A stretch of DNA of 64,000 nt from Amoebophrya sp. A120 (lineage: Eukaryota; Protista; Dinoflagellata). The position numbers and the translations under genes were made by a program. This document shows positions 12,564 to 24,464 of the stretch, in pieces. The notes beneath the pieces were generated by a model. The model made no database searches. It had not been told where the DNA came from and was given only the letters and a program-made list of their open reading frames with translations. Position 1 is the stretch's first letter. Each line of letters starts with the position of its first letter. The stretch lies in assembly GCA_905178155.1 (NCBI GenBank), contig CAJINV010000004.1, forward strand, positions 1,391,072 through 1,455,071, in the 5' to 3' direction.

Positions 12564-15500
12564 ATGGTCCCGGCGCCGGGTGTTTTACTGCACCACCATG
12601 CGTCCCGGAAGACGCTGCCGGACCGCGACTACCACCGCACAAGCCGGCTGTGCGGGACCTACGGCACGCAGCTCTGCGGCAATGTGCCCTCCAACATGGC
12701 CCAGTTTAGCGAGTACGAGCGGCCGAAACAGTTTCCCTTCGACGTCGACAGCAGAACAAGCGCGTTAGTAAAAGCGAGCAACAGCAAAGCGACCAGCCGA
12801 AGCAAGAACACGGACGTGGGTATGGATTGCAAATATGTCTGGGTCTGGAAGAGTTGGAACTTGTCATGCGAATTCTGGAATAGGCAAAAATTTGTATTGC
12901 ATAAGCACCAAAAGCTTCCCATTTCTTGCTACGCAAATAGGGAATTTCTCATGCGGGATAGACATCAGGAGGCCTGCGCAGATCCTGTACTTAATGCTTT
13001 TGCGTGCATTAGAGACCAGTTGCGTGATCCAGAAGATGCATGACAAACTCCTGCAATCTTCCAGACCCAGACACTTTTGCATTTGATAGTGGGTTCCACA
13101 GCGGCAGGTCGCGCAGGCGATTTCGATAATTATTGTATTACCGATGTTGAAAACTTTAACCAAAACGACGAGAAACTGCCGGCTGGTTGTACGTCCCAGC
13201 ACCCGTACCCCTTCCACACCAACCCGCTGACCGGAACCTCCGCCCAGCGATTGCCCATTTGGTACGGCCGGGCGACTACGCATTGCCAAAATGTCTGGGT
13301 CTGGATGGTTGGAACTTGTAGTGCTAGCTTTCCATACCTAGAAAATCTGTATTGCATAACCAACAAAAGTCGCAACCTCTTTTGTACATGCAAAGACGCA
13401 GTTTCTCATGCGGATTGCCTGTGAGAAAGCGTTCTGGAAAGTTGTCATGCTGGGTTGCATTCGGAACTGATCGTCCACATTTTAGCATCACAAGTTTCCA
13501 GACCCAGACATATTTGCATTTGATAGCGACACAGCTCGCGCGGGACTGCGAATCGCCGCCGCCGGACGAGCAGCGGGCGCGGTATCATTTGTAAAAACGT
13601 TCCCACCTCCCCAGAGTTGTCATGCAGATTTGCAATGACAGGAACATTTGTAATGGGCATCCCCATTAAAGGAATTTGTAGTCGTGTTTTGGCATTTGTA
13701 ATGCTGTAACCAGGATAAGCAGATGGATTTCTGATGCGTTTGCCATTGCTGACCTGCACTACACTATGGACTGGAACTTATGATGCATGAGTCCCAAAAC
13801 TTCCAGGTTTGTGTTGCAAAATCCCCATCTTGACTCTGGTGTGGGGACGTTTTTACACAGGATACGCGGGGCATGTTGTTCGGCGGGCTGCAGGTCAGAA
13901 GTGGTCTCGCTATGCAAGAAAACAACCGGGCTCGACGTCCTGAAGAAAGCGAGACTGAGAACACCGCGCGGCACGGCAGCGGGGGGAGCCCGCCGCGGTT
14001 GGGCGTGCCGTGGAGCAGAAGGGAGGTGGAAGAGTGGAACCAGAAGAGCGTGGCGGCGAAAAAACAAATCCTGCACAACGCACATATGGAGTTCTCAAAT
14101 GTTACATTCTGAACTGTTACATGAATTTGTAATGCAAGAACGGCCAAAGTGAAAGGGGGAAGATTGCTCCTATTGCATTACAAATTCCGCACAGATTTAC
14201 ATGTTGTTTGGCCCTCCAGGGATTTTCCATGCGAGGTAGCTTTACCGTCTGGTGGCTCATGGTGGTTTTGCATGACAAATCATGTAACAGTTGAGAATGT
14301 AACATTTGAGAATCCCATAGCACACGCGGACCTGCTCTCCCCCTACGAAATCAGGACCAACTCGGGAAGTCGAGCGGCTAGTTATCAAAGAGAAAAATCC
14401 CCCCTCCCCATATCGAACAGGCACGTTTCCGAAAATTTGCGTTGCTGATTTGAGGTCACAAATCGCACCTGTCTTGCAAGAAGACAAGGGCAGAAGCTTC
14501 CGCCCCATTATGGAAGCGATTTGTCATGCTGTTGGGCCTAAAGGGAAGCCGTTTGCCATGCTGAACAACTAGACCCATACGCCCCTACCTAGCCTGGGGA
14601 TCTGGCCGCAGTGCCTCTCTGCAATACAAACCTGATTTGTGTACACAAATCCAGCGTCGCAAATTCCGTTTTGATATGGGGAGGGGGGATTTTTCCTCTC
14701 AATACTAGTCCCAGAGGGCAACTTGTTCCACAGGGCGGTAGTAGTTGTACTAAGAATTATGGTGAGACGACCACGACGGGTGCGACTTTATCTTCTCTCA
14801 ATGCCGTTTCATCTAGTATAACTGGTGGTAGCAATGGCCAGGTCGAAGATGCAGAAACAAGCAGCAAAATGAATTCAGGAGAAGCTGCGGCAAAAAAGGA
14901 TGATGGGAACTACACGAAGATGAACACGATTAAGAGCACCCATGATTCTGCTGCGGCCGGCAGAAATAATTTTCATCATATCACACAGAAAAAAGCTGGC
15001 AGGGCATTACTATCTATTATATTCATGCGAAAAAAGAGGTCTACAGAGGGTTGAAGGGAGGTGGCCGAGAGGTCAAAAAGAGGTCAACAGAGGTCAAAAA
15101 GAGGTCGACAGAGGTGGAGAGGTGGCGCGGGAGGTCGTTCGGGAGGGTGGCCGAGAGGTGGCGCGGGTATAGCCAGCCGAACCGTTCACCCTAAAGCCGC
15201 GCCTATGGGGCCCGGAGGTGGCCGAGAGAGTCCCGAGAGGGTAGGCGAGAGGGGGACAGAGGTGCCGAGAGGTTGCGCGAATAAGGGCGAACCTCTCGCG
15301 CACCCTCCTGGCCACCTCTCGGCCACCTCTGTAGACCTCTACTGGCGAGTATAGCTGGACTATTAGCAGCACCTCTCGGGAGAGGTGAAAAAGAGGGTCT
15401 GCGAGAGGGTCAAAAAAACCCGAATCCCCCCGGCACGCGACCGGTGTTGTTTGGGCCTTTTCATCGCGCAGGCCCACACCCTTTCGCGCTACCTTCTCGC

Positions 15501-17770
15501 GCTACCCTCTCGCGCCACCCTCTCGCGCGACCCTCTCGCGCTACCCTCTCGCGCCAACGATTTCCGCCGGGAAGCAAATAGGGCGGGGGCGTGTGGGTGA
15601 TCAAAAAAGGGCAGCGCGGCCCCCGTATTGCTTCCTTCGGCGCCTATGAATGTCGAGTCAGCTTCTCTTCGCCCCCAAGCTTCGCTGCAGCTGCTCTCTG
15701 CGCATAGCCCCTGCAGGCGCGGGAAGCGCGCAGGAGGCCCTGCGGGTTGACATGGCGAAAACCGAGCCAGTAGCTCCCTCGGTCTGTAGTTGCGCTGTGT
15801 CCAAAGCTCCGGCGCTGCGGTCCAGCCCGCGCATTGTCCTGCCCCGCCACAACAGCCTTGCGCTCCGGCGTTAGCCGGAGCATGGCTGGTATTTGTAATG
15901 CAAAAATAAATACGCAAAAAAATCTGTATTGCATACCCGAAACAGCATGCTATGGGGCCACCCATGGGAGATCTTTCTGTGTATTTATTTTTGCATTACA
16001 AATGTGACCTGCCAGCTTTTTTCTGTGGGATACATCAATCCAGCTACGCACTGAATTTCACCCGGTACCACGACCAGGAGCTGACAGCCAACCGCGATTT
16101 GCCGAAGAATCCAGACTATCAACTGCAAATGAGCCTGCGTCCGGAAACTGACTCACAACACTTCTTTCCATGCACGTTTTGGATGAAGACCCGTGATGTC
16201 GGCAGTGCATAGCTAAAACATGATCAGAGATTTATTTTGTGAGGGCTAGCTGATGCCGATACTGCATGGGAAATGCCCCCTCTGCGTGACAAAAACGCGA
16301 CTTCTGTTGCTGCTCACTCAATACAGATTTTTGGAGAATTAAACAAGGGCAGCATCATGATCCAAAGGCAGCATCATGATCATGGAGAATTATCCAAAGT
16401 AACGATGTAGATGCAGGAGACGTATTTGCAGTGCATACCCACTTCTCGATCCTCCGGTCACCGCGGTTCGTCGAAAAGGGCCAGTTCACGGGGCCGTATC
16501 TACTGTTGATTTGTTTTTTCAACACTACAGCAATTATGAACGATGTTGCTGGAGGTACACCAGAAATCGAAAACTAGCCCGGCGAAACAATCAACAAAGC
16601 AGCGACCTCCTCTACGAGCCTGTGCTGGTCACTTCTTCCTTTCTCCAACAGCTACAAGAATCAATCTGCAACCATGGGGGGTCGTTCGAGGAACAAAGAT
16701 TAATGGAAAAACGCCTTCTCTCTTCTATGCTTTTCAGTGCTGACAGAGGTTCTTCCACAAGTCTAAGTATCTTCACCCCCGCACTTGCCGGGCGATGCCA
16801 GCAATAATTCCACACACAAAATAATGGAACTTCTTTGCGTTTTGCAATAAAGTAAACTTTAGCTTATTGAACAGAAAACAAATTCAAATACAGAGGCGAC
16901 GTTACGGAGCCGGGTTCTCTGATGCACCAGAAACACATGAAGAGCTCCCTCGTGCGCGACACATTCTACGAGCGTGCCGCGTCCGCCCGGGCCTGGGAAG
17001 TTGCAGAGCTGTTTATGACATTGAAAAATATTTTCATGTTCTTCCTCGTTCTTCTCGTTGAATCGCGACATCATGTTTTTGTCATGCAATAAATGCACAA
17101 GTACACACCAAGATTTTTCACAACACGAGGACGAGGAAGGAGATTTCAGCTTCATAGTTGCGGTTAGCGGACTGGATCCGTACGAGGACGAGCAGACCGT
17201 GAAAACGTACTAAAAGAAATTTGTAAAAATCATGCTTTGTGTACTGATGTACGTACTTATGCTCTTTTGTGCATGAGAGATGAGCACTGTCATGCGAAGG
17301 ATGATTTGTAAAAGTACGTGTGAAGATGAAGATCTCACGCCCGCGCTTGAAATTGATTTCAGATTCAGGCGCCTCAGTGCTTGACAAGAAAAATTGAAAT
17401 CCATTTATTGACAGGAAATGCCGGGGATTCGGGTGCCACATCGTGAAAGTGATGCTGGATTTGGATCCTGTGTTTAGGAAAGAGAAAATCAGTTCATCTG
17501 GTGTGCTTACTTACAACGTGCCTGCAGCTGTGGTCTCCTGGTCATGACAAAAAAAATTGTGGAAAGGCGATTGCGCTTTTTTTACGCGACGACAGAAAAG
17601 AACAAGAAGTGTTTAAGTAGTACAACATCGTAAGTACGCCTTCGACACCAGCTGATTTTATTTCCCTTCATACCAGCGAACAGGTGTAAAGGGCGGGCGA
17701 AGCTGATTCTGCGCTACAACCCGGACGAGAACGATTTAAACGGATTGATCGACAAAATCCAGGCGCACAT
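12564..17770 (+). CDS. Hypothetical protein interrupted by seven TIR introners plus ordinary introns; 3' end approximate
   Basis: A single frame runs from MVPAPG to FSILRSPRFVEKGQFTGP after removing 7 elements. Later exons: DVTEPGSLMHQKH, FSFIVAVSGLDPYEDEQTVK, KCRGFGCHIVKV, RCKGRAKLILRYNP (possibly an RRM-like C-terminal fold). Confidence 0.7.
12821..13088. mobile_element. Introner family A (268 bp), TSD GTGGG
   Basis: Family-A TIRs. Removal gives NTDVG-STAAGR. Confidence 0.93.
13277..13525. mobile_element. Introner family A (249 bp), TSD GCGAC
   Basis: Family-A TIRs with the left end TACGCATTGCC diverged. Removal gives YGRAT-QLARD. Confidence 0.92.
13583..13864. mobile_element. Introner family B (282 bp), TSD CGCGG
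   Basis: Family-B TIRs. Removal gives EQRAR-GMLFGG. Confidence 0.93.
14085..14319. mobile_element. Introner family D (235 bp), TSD GCACA
   Basis: TIR TATGGAGTTCTCAAATGTTACATTCT / AGAATGTAACATTTGAGAATCCCATA. Removal gives HNAH-ADLLSP. Confidence 0.92.
14383..14704. mobile_element. Introner family E (322 bp), TSD CTAGT
   Basis: TIR TATCAAAGAGAAAAATCCCCCCTCCCCATATC / GATATGGGGAGGGGGGATTTTTCCTCTCAATA. Removal gives RAAS-PRGQ. Confidence 0.93.
14979..16032. mobile_element. Introner family F (1054 bp), TSD CATCA, with a ~880-bp GC-rich insert splitting its left TIR
   Basis: TATCACACAGAAAAAAGCTGGCAGG / CCTGCCAGCTTTTTTCTGTGGGATA. The rest of the left TIR resumes at 15891. Removal gives NFHQ-SSYALNF. 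Confidence 0.88.
15030..15560. repeat. GAGAGG/GAGGTC and CCTCTCGCGC low-complexity repeat array inside the family F element
   Basis: Many short direct copies (gaggtcaaaaa, ccctctcgcgc) and inverted copies (gaggtctacagagg / cctctgtagacctc). Confidence 0.75.
16117..16437. mobile_element. Degenerate family A introner (321 bp), eroded TSD CAGAC/CCCAC
   Basis: Ends TATCAACTGCAAAT / ATTTGCAGTGCATA; internal sequence similar to 4421-4682. Removal keeps the frame (KNP[D/H]-FSILRSP). Confidence 0.75.
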
Positions 17771-18453
17771 TGGCTGGCACGTGCTCTTCCTCGGGGACGA
17801 AGCTTGAGTTTTTTTTTCCTGCTGAAACAACCCGATTTTTTCGGTATTATATCGGCTGTTTTTTTGGTGCTCAGCAACTTTCCCTTTCGACGACAGAAAA
17901 GGTGACAATTCTGTGGTTCACGAAGGAACTGCATGCTGTATGCAGTGCAACAAAATCCAAACCGGTGCACAATGTTAATTATAGCCTAGTTTTAGAATGG
18001 TAGATGCAAATCTTGGTAGCTAAAAGCCCGCGGTTTTTTTTGCAAAAGGCAAAAGAATCTTCAAACGGCGGTAGCCAGATCGGCCGAAAATTCCTAGCCA
18101 ACCTGTGAGTAGCCAAAATGTGAACGGTAACATCATCGGAAGAACACAAAGATGGAGTCGAATCCTCTACACTTCAACTTCTTTTGTCGTTTGGTAAGTA
18201 AATCTACACCGTGAAAACTTCTCTCTACGAGAAGGCACAGAAAGACGAAACGCGATGAGCGAGTGCAGTCCTTGTCTGCTGTTGTTTTCCTGGCGAAAAA
18301 ACATTATTTGGCAGAACAAGGACGCTGGACTCGTCTTGAGTATTTCTATACTGGTAAAAAGTACATTCTTGAATATGGACAAGACGCATAATTTTTTCGC
18401 TCAATTTGCAACTGCAGCCGCGTTTTTACTGCGTTTCTTGCGCGGCCTCCTCG

Positions 18454-20480
18454 TGTCACCCACTTCTGAATGTGCGGTCGGAACATTTCTCAGGGCGGCT
18501 GCGCACTCTGGCGGTATCTCTATCCCTGTCCTTACGGAGTCGTATATTACAATGCAAGCCATTCGTTTCTTCCTTCTCGAGCAGCAACATTCTGGCAAGA
18601 AGGATTGCGTCAAAAGTTCCATGTCGTCCTGTGGCGTAACAGGCAGTACGCAGAACTACTGCAAGTCGGAACCGTGCTGAAGTGCTGCCCTCGTGGAACC
18701 TGTTTGCTTGTAATGTATGTTGGTGTTTCCGAGCTGCAATGGTTGAGGTCGGTTGCGTACTACTTGCGTTTGTACAAAATGAAGTTATAGACACTGAACT
18801 ACTGAAGAGACGTTGTAGTGCTTCTGTCTGAATCCGTTCGTCCATCGTCCTCACTCAACTTCGGCTCTGGGTGCGAAAAATCTCGGTAACAAGCAACCAA
18901 ATTGATTTTTCTGTCGTGCGTTGCAAGTGCAAGAAGTTCGGTTCTTCGTGCGAGAAAAATGACGTTTTTTGTTTGCGTGCGTGCTGAATAGAATTACGGG
19001 TACGGTGGCGTTATGCTGTTGATACTACAGCAGGTCTGAAAGCTTTGCTCAGATTGACTAATCGATCGACTAGAAAACAACAGGCAACCTTCAACCTCAA
19101 CACATGACAAACAAAATTCATCCTTTTCTTCTTTTTTGCCTCGTCCCCGGACAGAAGTTTTTTTCCTTATCGCCCATCCCATTCCCAACTTGTAGTTGAA
19201 GTCTTATATTAGTTTTGTTCCTTCCGGAATTCCCCTTTCTGTATCTGAAAACGCAAAGCATCGAGGTCGTGCGAGATGGGGGCAGTGTTGGGCAAGTGGG
19301 AAGACGAAGAGCCCGTCTTCGATGTGCTGATGCCTCTCGCTGTGCCAGTGCCTCCGGACGATGATCATGAAATGTATGAGTCACGATGGTACTCTCCTGC
19401 ATTACCACTGGGGGATTTGCCGAGATTGCTCTTCAATTCGGTGATAACCGTTTCTGTGCGAAGGACACTGAAATAGCATGATCTGGAGTTGCGCAATTCC
19501 TCAGAATTATGTTTCTGACCATCCAACAGGTGACTTTCAACTTTAACAACCGAAGCAGTGGGTATGTGATGCTTGTGAGCAACTGCAGCAGACGAGACGC
19601 AGGTGCGGATGGTTCCCTGCGCGAATCCCTTATGTCACCCACTTTTGAACGTGCGGAACAATTCTGAGAGCGGCGTCACGCTCTATCGGTTTCTCTTTAT
19701 GAGTCTGTTTACACAGTAGACTCGTACTTATTTTACGCAAGCTATTCGGTTCTTTCTCGTCGAGCAACAGCATTCGGGCAAGAAGCATTTCGCAAAAGTT
19801 GCATGCAGTTCTGTGGCGCAATAGGCAGTACGAAGAACTACTCTAAAAATCGGAATCGTGCTAGAGCGCCGCCCTCGATGCATCGTAGTAGAGCCACCTG
19901 TTTGCTCGTTGCCGTTTCCGAGGTGCAATGGTTGAGGTCGGTTACGTTCTACTTGCGTGCATCGTACAAAATGTAATACAAGCACTGAACTTCTTGCTCT
20001 TCGTACTCATGTGATACTGAAGAGGCGTTATCGTCGTGCTTCTGGCTGAAAAATACGTTCGTCCATCGTGCCAACTCAACTCCGGCTGTGGCTGCGAAAA
20101 ATCTTAGAAGGAACAAAGCCGTGGCAAATTGCAAGAAGGTCGGTTCTACTTCTTCGTGCGAAAGAAATAAACGTTTCTTGTTTGCGGACATTCTTAGACA
20201 ATGGAATACGGAGGCGATATGTGGTCACCACAGCAGGTCTGAAACTGAAAGCTACGCTTAGAATAACCAAGAGCAACAGGCAACAACCGACCCCTGCCAG
20301 ACGAGATCAACCCATTTTTTTGACCCGACGTCCCCGCACTGGAGTTTTTCTCATTTTCTTCCCGTTACATTGAGTAAACTAAACCTACCTCATTCGAGCC
20401 GAAAATTCATTTGTTCTCTGTGGAATTAATCCGTTTCTGGAAACGCAAAGCAACGTCGAGGTCGTACGACATGGGGGGTG
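18454..20480 (+). repeat. Diverged tandem duplication, period ~1.18 kb (18454-19285 vs 19633-20480)
   Basis: Colinear matching blocks (tgtcacccactt, gcaatggttgaggtcggtt, aaacgcaaagca..tcgaggtcgt). Each copy ends at an ATG GGG start. Confidence 0.8.
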
Positions 20481-22811
20481 TTTTTTCTGTTCCTGCAGCA
20501 CGACCACGCATGGGGATTCTTTTTCCTGCTGCTACGGTGTTCGCCAGCACGACTGCACATCCCTCTTCGGTCCAAGCTGCGCCAGTACGCCAGGACGCCA
20601 AAACTACGCCTGCCGGCCAGGACGCCGAAACGCCTACGGCCGCCGGGGGCTCCTCGTTCGTGTCTGCGTCAGTCAGCGGTCCAGCTATCCATTTCGAACA
20701 GCTTCTCGTCCCCCGCGTGGGCGGTCCTCACAGCTTGCATTATGTGCCATCTACGGGAATGATTGGTCTTGCGGGTTCTTGGTTGTATTGATGGTGGATA
20801 GGTTGTATTGCACTGCCATCAAGAACGGTGCGGCTCATGGTCAATCATTCGAGATAAAAAAGAATTTCGCTTTGACCAAACTGCACGATGCAACAACGAA
20901 TTCATTTCTTTCTCCTTCTCAGGCAGAGAGACGGAACGCAGAAACAGGGATGCATTGATTCCTGTAGTTGCATGAACTAGTTTTCATGACACTGCGAACT
21001 AGGATTCTATATACTTACTGTGGACCACGATCATACCGCCGGGGCGGGAGCAGTTGTGTCACGGGATACGAACATCGTGGAGCGATCCGCCGGCAGTGAC
21101 AAAGCCCCAGAAGTCTCGCCCATCGGAGATGTATGCGATTGATGAAGCCAGTACTCACAAGTTCTTCGCGCCAGAAGTAGTTCTACTGTGTTTCGAAAAA
21201 AAAGACAAGGGCCACTTTATTCGTGGCCTCTGCAGCGCCCGCGCTTGCCGTGTCAGTTGCTCTTTATATGCAGTGCAGTTCGCTATGCTACAGTGCAATT
21301 TTTCAAACTTCCCTTTGGGAGTTTAGTTTTCAATATATGCAGTGCAGAAGACGACTACGTTTGCATTTCGTTCTTGATCATTTCCTTCTGCAGTTGCTGC
21401 TGGATTCCCGCCATGATACATACCCACTGAGTGACATGATAAAGGCACAAGAATCTATTACATCTACTTCGCTCCTGGCCCCGTTCGAACGTGTGTTTTA
21501 TTCATTTTCTGTGGCCATAACACTGGAAAATACATCCAGTTCACCAATTATCCCCGTTTCACCCCACAAGTGAACATCGTGGCCGCGGCGCAGCGGGTGA
21601 AAAAGATCGTCAACGTGAGCCCGAGCGTCGCGAGGTTGGACAGCGCAGAGCCGATCTTCGCGCCCAGGACGTTGGGCAGCTCAACAAACGTGGATGCTAC
21701 TGCCGCTCTGGGCGGATCATCCGACGGGGGTACGACCGCCATTCAGACGTGGAAGGGCTTCAGGCCGACCGAGCCCGGGCCGACTTTAGCAGCGGGCTGG
21801 AACGTCGTGGTGGTCGACAACGTGGCGCAGAACGTAGACGCGGACATGCGATTAATTTTCGTGGATCACAGCGGTAGGAGAGTGACTTTGAGAAACGGTT
21901 TCTTTGATTCAATGGAGTCGGGTGGAAGGATTTCTATTTTCGCAAGGAGTGCATACACACCATTTCATTTTCACCTCGTAGAACATGAAACAGCAGGACA
22001 AATTTGAATCTGTAGGGTCGTAAAAATGCGCTCAGGGGAACGAAAAGCGAAGTTTTTGTTTCTTGTTCTTGCGGGAAATACGTGTCATGTGTACTTCTAG
22101 GAAGTTGCGTTGGAATGGATATGACATCGTCCTCATCGTTCACACGACCACCCGACCTCTATAGGAAAAGAGAAAGAACCCTTCATTTCCGTTGGATATC
22201 CGAGAAGCAGATTCGGGAGTGGCAACAATTTCGCCGCTATGACGCAACTGGAGGTTCCACCGCGCTGTTTATCACCTACAAAAGATTATGCTGCGCCTGG
22301 CATGGCATTTATCTGTTTGGTGCTGCCAGACAAAGTGAGGCACTGAGTCCTCAAAAGGTATGATGTCCAAGACGAAGGTTCTTTATTGCAAGGCAGCTCA
22401 AAAGCAAAATGCACGGCGTAGGTGGAACAATTGTTCCTGACAGATAAGTAATTACTCACTTACTTAACTTTACATGTGTTGCAGCAGCTTGACACAACTA
22501 CAAGTATGTTATGCCAGTGAAAAATCGTAGTATGTTTCTCTCCCACACTCTTTCCGCCGGACGGATCGCAGTTGGCGTTGTGGGTGCGCAAGGACAGACT
22601 GCTCACCCGCGAGGACGGGGAGGTAATCCACGAAATGCAGCGGGTCCAGGCGCACCAGGAACGGGAACAGTGGTATCAGGGCCAGGCGAGCGGAGCCTTT
22701 TACGACGTGCACTTGAAGCACTCGGGTGAAGTGCTGTCTCCGGCGCCGCGGCGACAGTCGCAGAGGCTGGCGCAGGCGGGAGCCCTGTCGCTGCCGGCCG
22801 GGTCGGCGTAG
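20471..22811 (+). CDS. Probable multi-exon hypothetical protein; structure uncertain
   Basis: GC-rich coding-like patches at 20471-20790, 21570-21870 (VNIVAAAQRVKK...) and 22560-22811 (LALWVRKDRLL...PAGSA*). Linkage of the first patch is not established. Confidence 0.4.
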
Positions 22812-24464
22812 ACGAGGAGGTTGGAGGGAGGGAAAGGAAGGGCAGTTTTGTTTCAGGCAGGATGGACCGGGGAAACGAAGTCTGAGCGCATAAGGAATTT
22901 TTCTTTGCAAAGTGAAGGGCAATGTTAAACATTTTGCGGCAATGAATAGTATGACAGCAACGTGAAGAACCTCGTGCACTGTCGGCTAGAATTTTCAAAT
23001 TCACGAACAGACAGAGGTCAGCATCCAGGTTTTCTAGAGTACCATGCTGCGACTCTTCATCATTTTTTCGAAAGTCAATTTTTATCCATCAATGCAAGCA
23101 ACCGTCATCTTTCTTTCGTACACACTCCTAATTTCTTTGAAAGCGGCACATGATCTCACCGAAGAGAAGAAGAACGCAAAGGAAATATTTTCAGCAATTT
23201 GAAACAACCTGCTACTAAACTTTTCAAATTATTTCAACGAGAGTGCAGGCAAACTGCATTCATTTTTTGAGTCCAGAAACGGATTTTCATTTTTTCGCGC
23301 AGTTTTCTGTTCATCTGTCAGCCGCTTTGCAAAAGGCTATGTCGCACCGGCGTTGCAAAAGGCGAATTTGGGCACGACCCGGTTTCTTTGTGAAGTGCGC
23401 CTTGGTGGGGGTGGTTTTTCCCGGCTTCGAGGGACGAGCCGCTGCTAGTAGTTCACATCCTTTCTATAAGTGGAGGTTGTGTCGTGAAGTTTAGTATGAG
23501 CGAGCGTGAAGATGACTTTTCTCGATGTTCTTGTGTGGTTATGGAGAAAGTTTTTTATAGTGGAAGCAGTCAGTCGGTGCAGCTGTTACAACAGCGAAAA
23601 ACTAACTGCAACTTCATCCAGTAGATGTCCCAGAAGAGCCTATAAGCGTACAATACTGGTGACGAAACTGTGCTTATGAATCAATATAGTGTGAGGCAGA
23701 GTCAGTCGTAGTCGTTCTTGCACCTGCCGCGTAGAACTAGTCTCGGAAAAAGATATTCAGTGCGCAACCAAATCAAGTCGGCAGGCACTAAGACATCCGT
23801 GGCAGCGATTTTCCGCCGGCGCATTTAAAAAATCGCAGCCGGTGTACTACTTCTCGACGTCAGAGCGTCAACGGTTTGTGCCATAATTTCAGCTAGCGCC
23901 AGTAGCCAAGTGAACGTGAAGGAACAGGAAGTGAAGCGATCGGACGGTAATTTTCCGAGTCCGGGTCGGTTCCAGCAGACTCGTTCACTTCCCAGTGGTT
24001 CTTGGGCCACGTCTTTCGCGGTTCTACTTTTGTGGTCTATACTAGCTGGCGACCGCAAAAGTGCGGGCACTGCAAGTCCTCCGAAAGATCGTCGCGGCGA
24101 CGGAAACTCAGCTCCAGCTGACAAACAGGAAGAGCGACAGGACCACAAAGCTACCTGAGCAAAGAAACCGAGCTGTCCATCGCTCCGCAAGAGCAAGCGA
24201 AGACGGTCGAGAAGCGGAAAGTAATTACACCCAAGGCCGCGGACGACGAAAGACCACACAACGCGGCTGAGCACCGGCGCTTCGTGTAGAAGTGGCTGAA
24301 GAACTTTAGATAAGTGCAGTACTACAGACAAAAAGACACCTCTTCAGTCGCGGTCGAGCACGGGACGAGGACGGCTTTTTTACTGAAAAATTCCGGCGAA
24401 GAGAAAAGTTCGCCCGTTGCAAAGATAAACACCTCCTTCAACGGCCCGGACCGACTGCAAGATC

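Noticed and set aside
12821-14704. CRISPR-like array suggested by recurring ~30-bp repeats
   Set aside because: The repeats are inverted pairs around 200-300-bp interiors in eukaryotic genes, irregularly spaced, with no cas genes.
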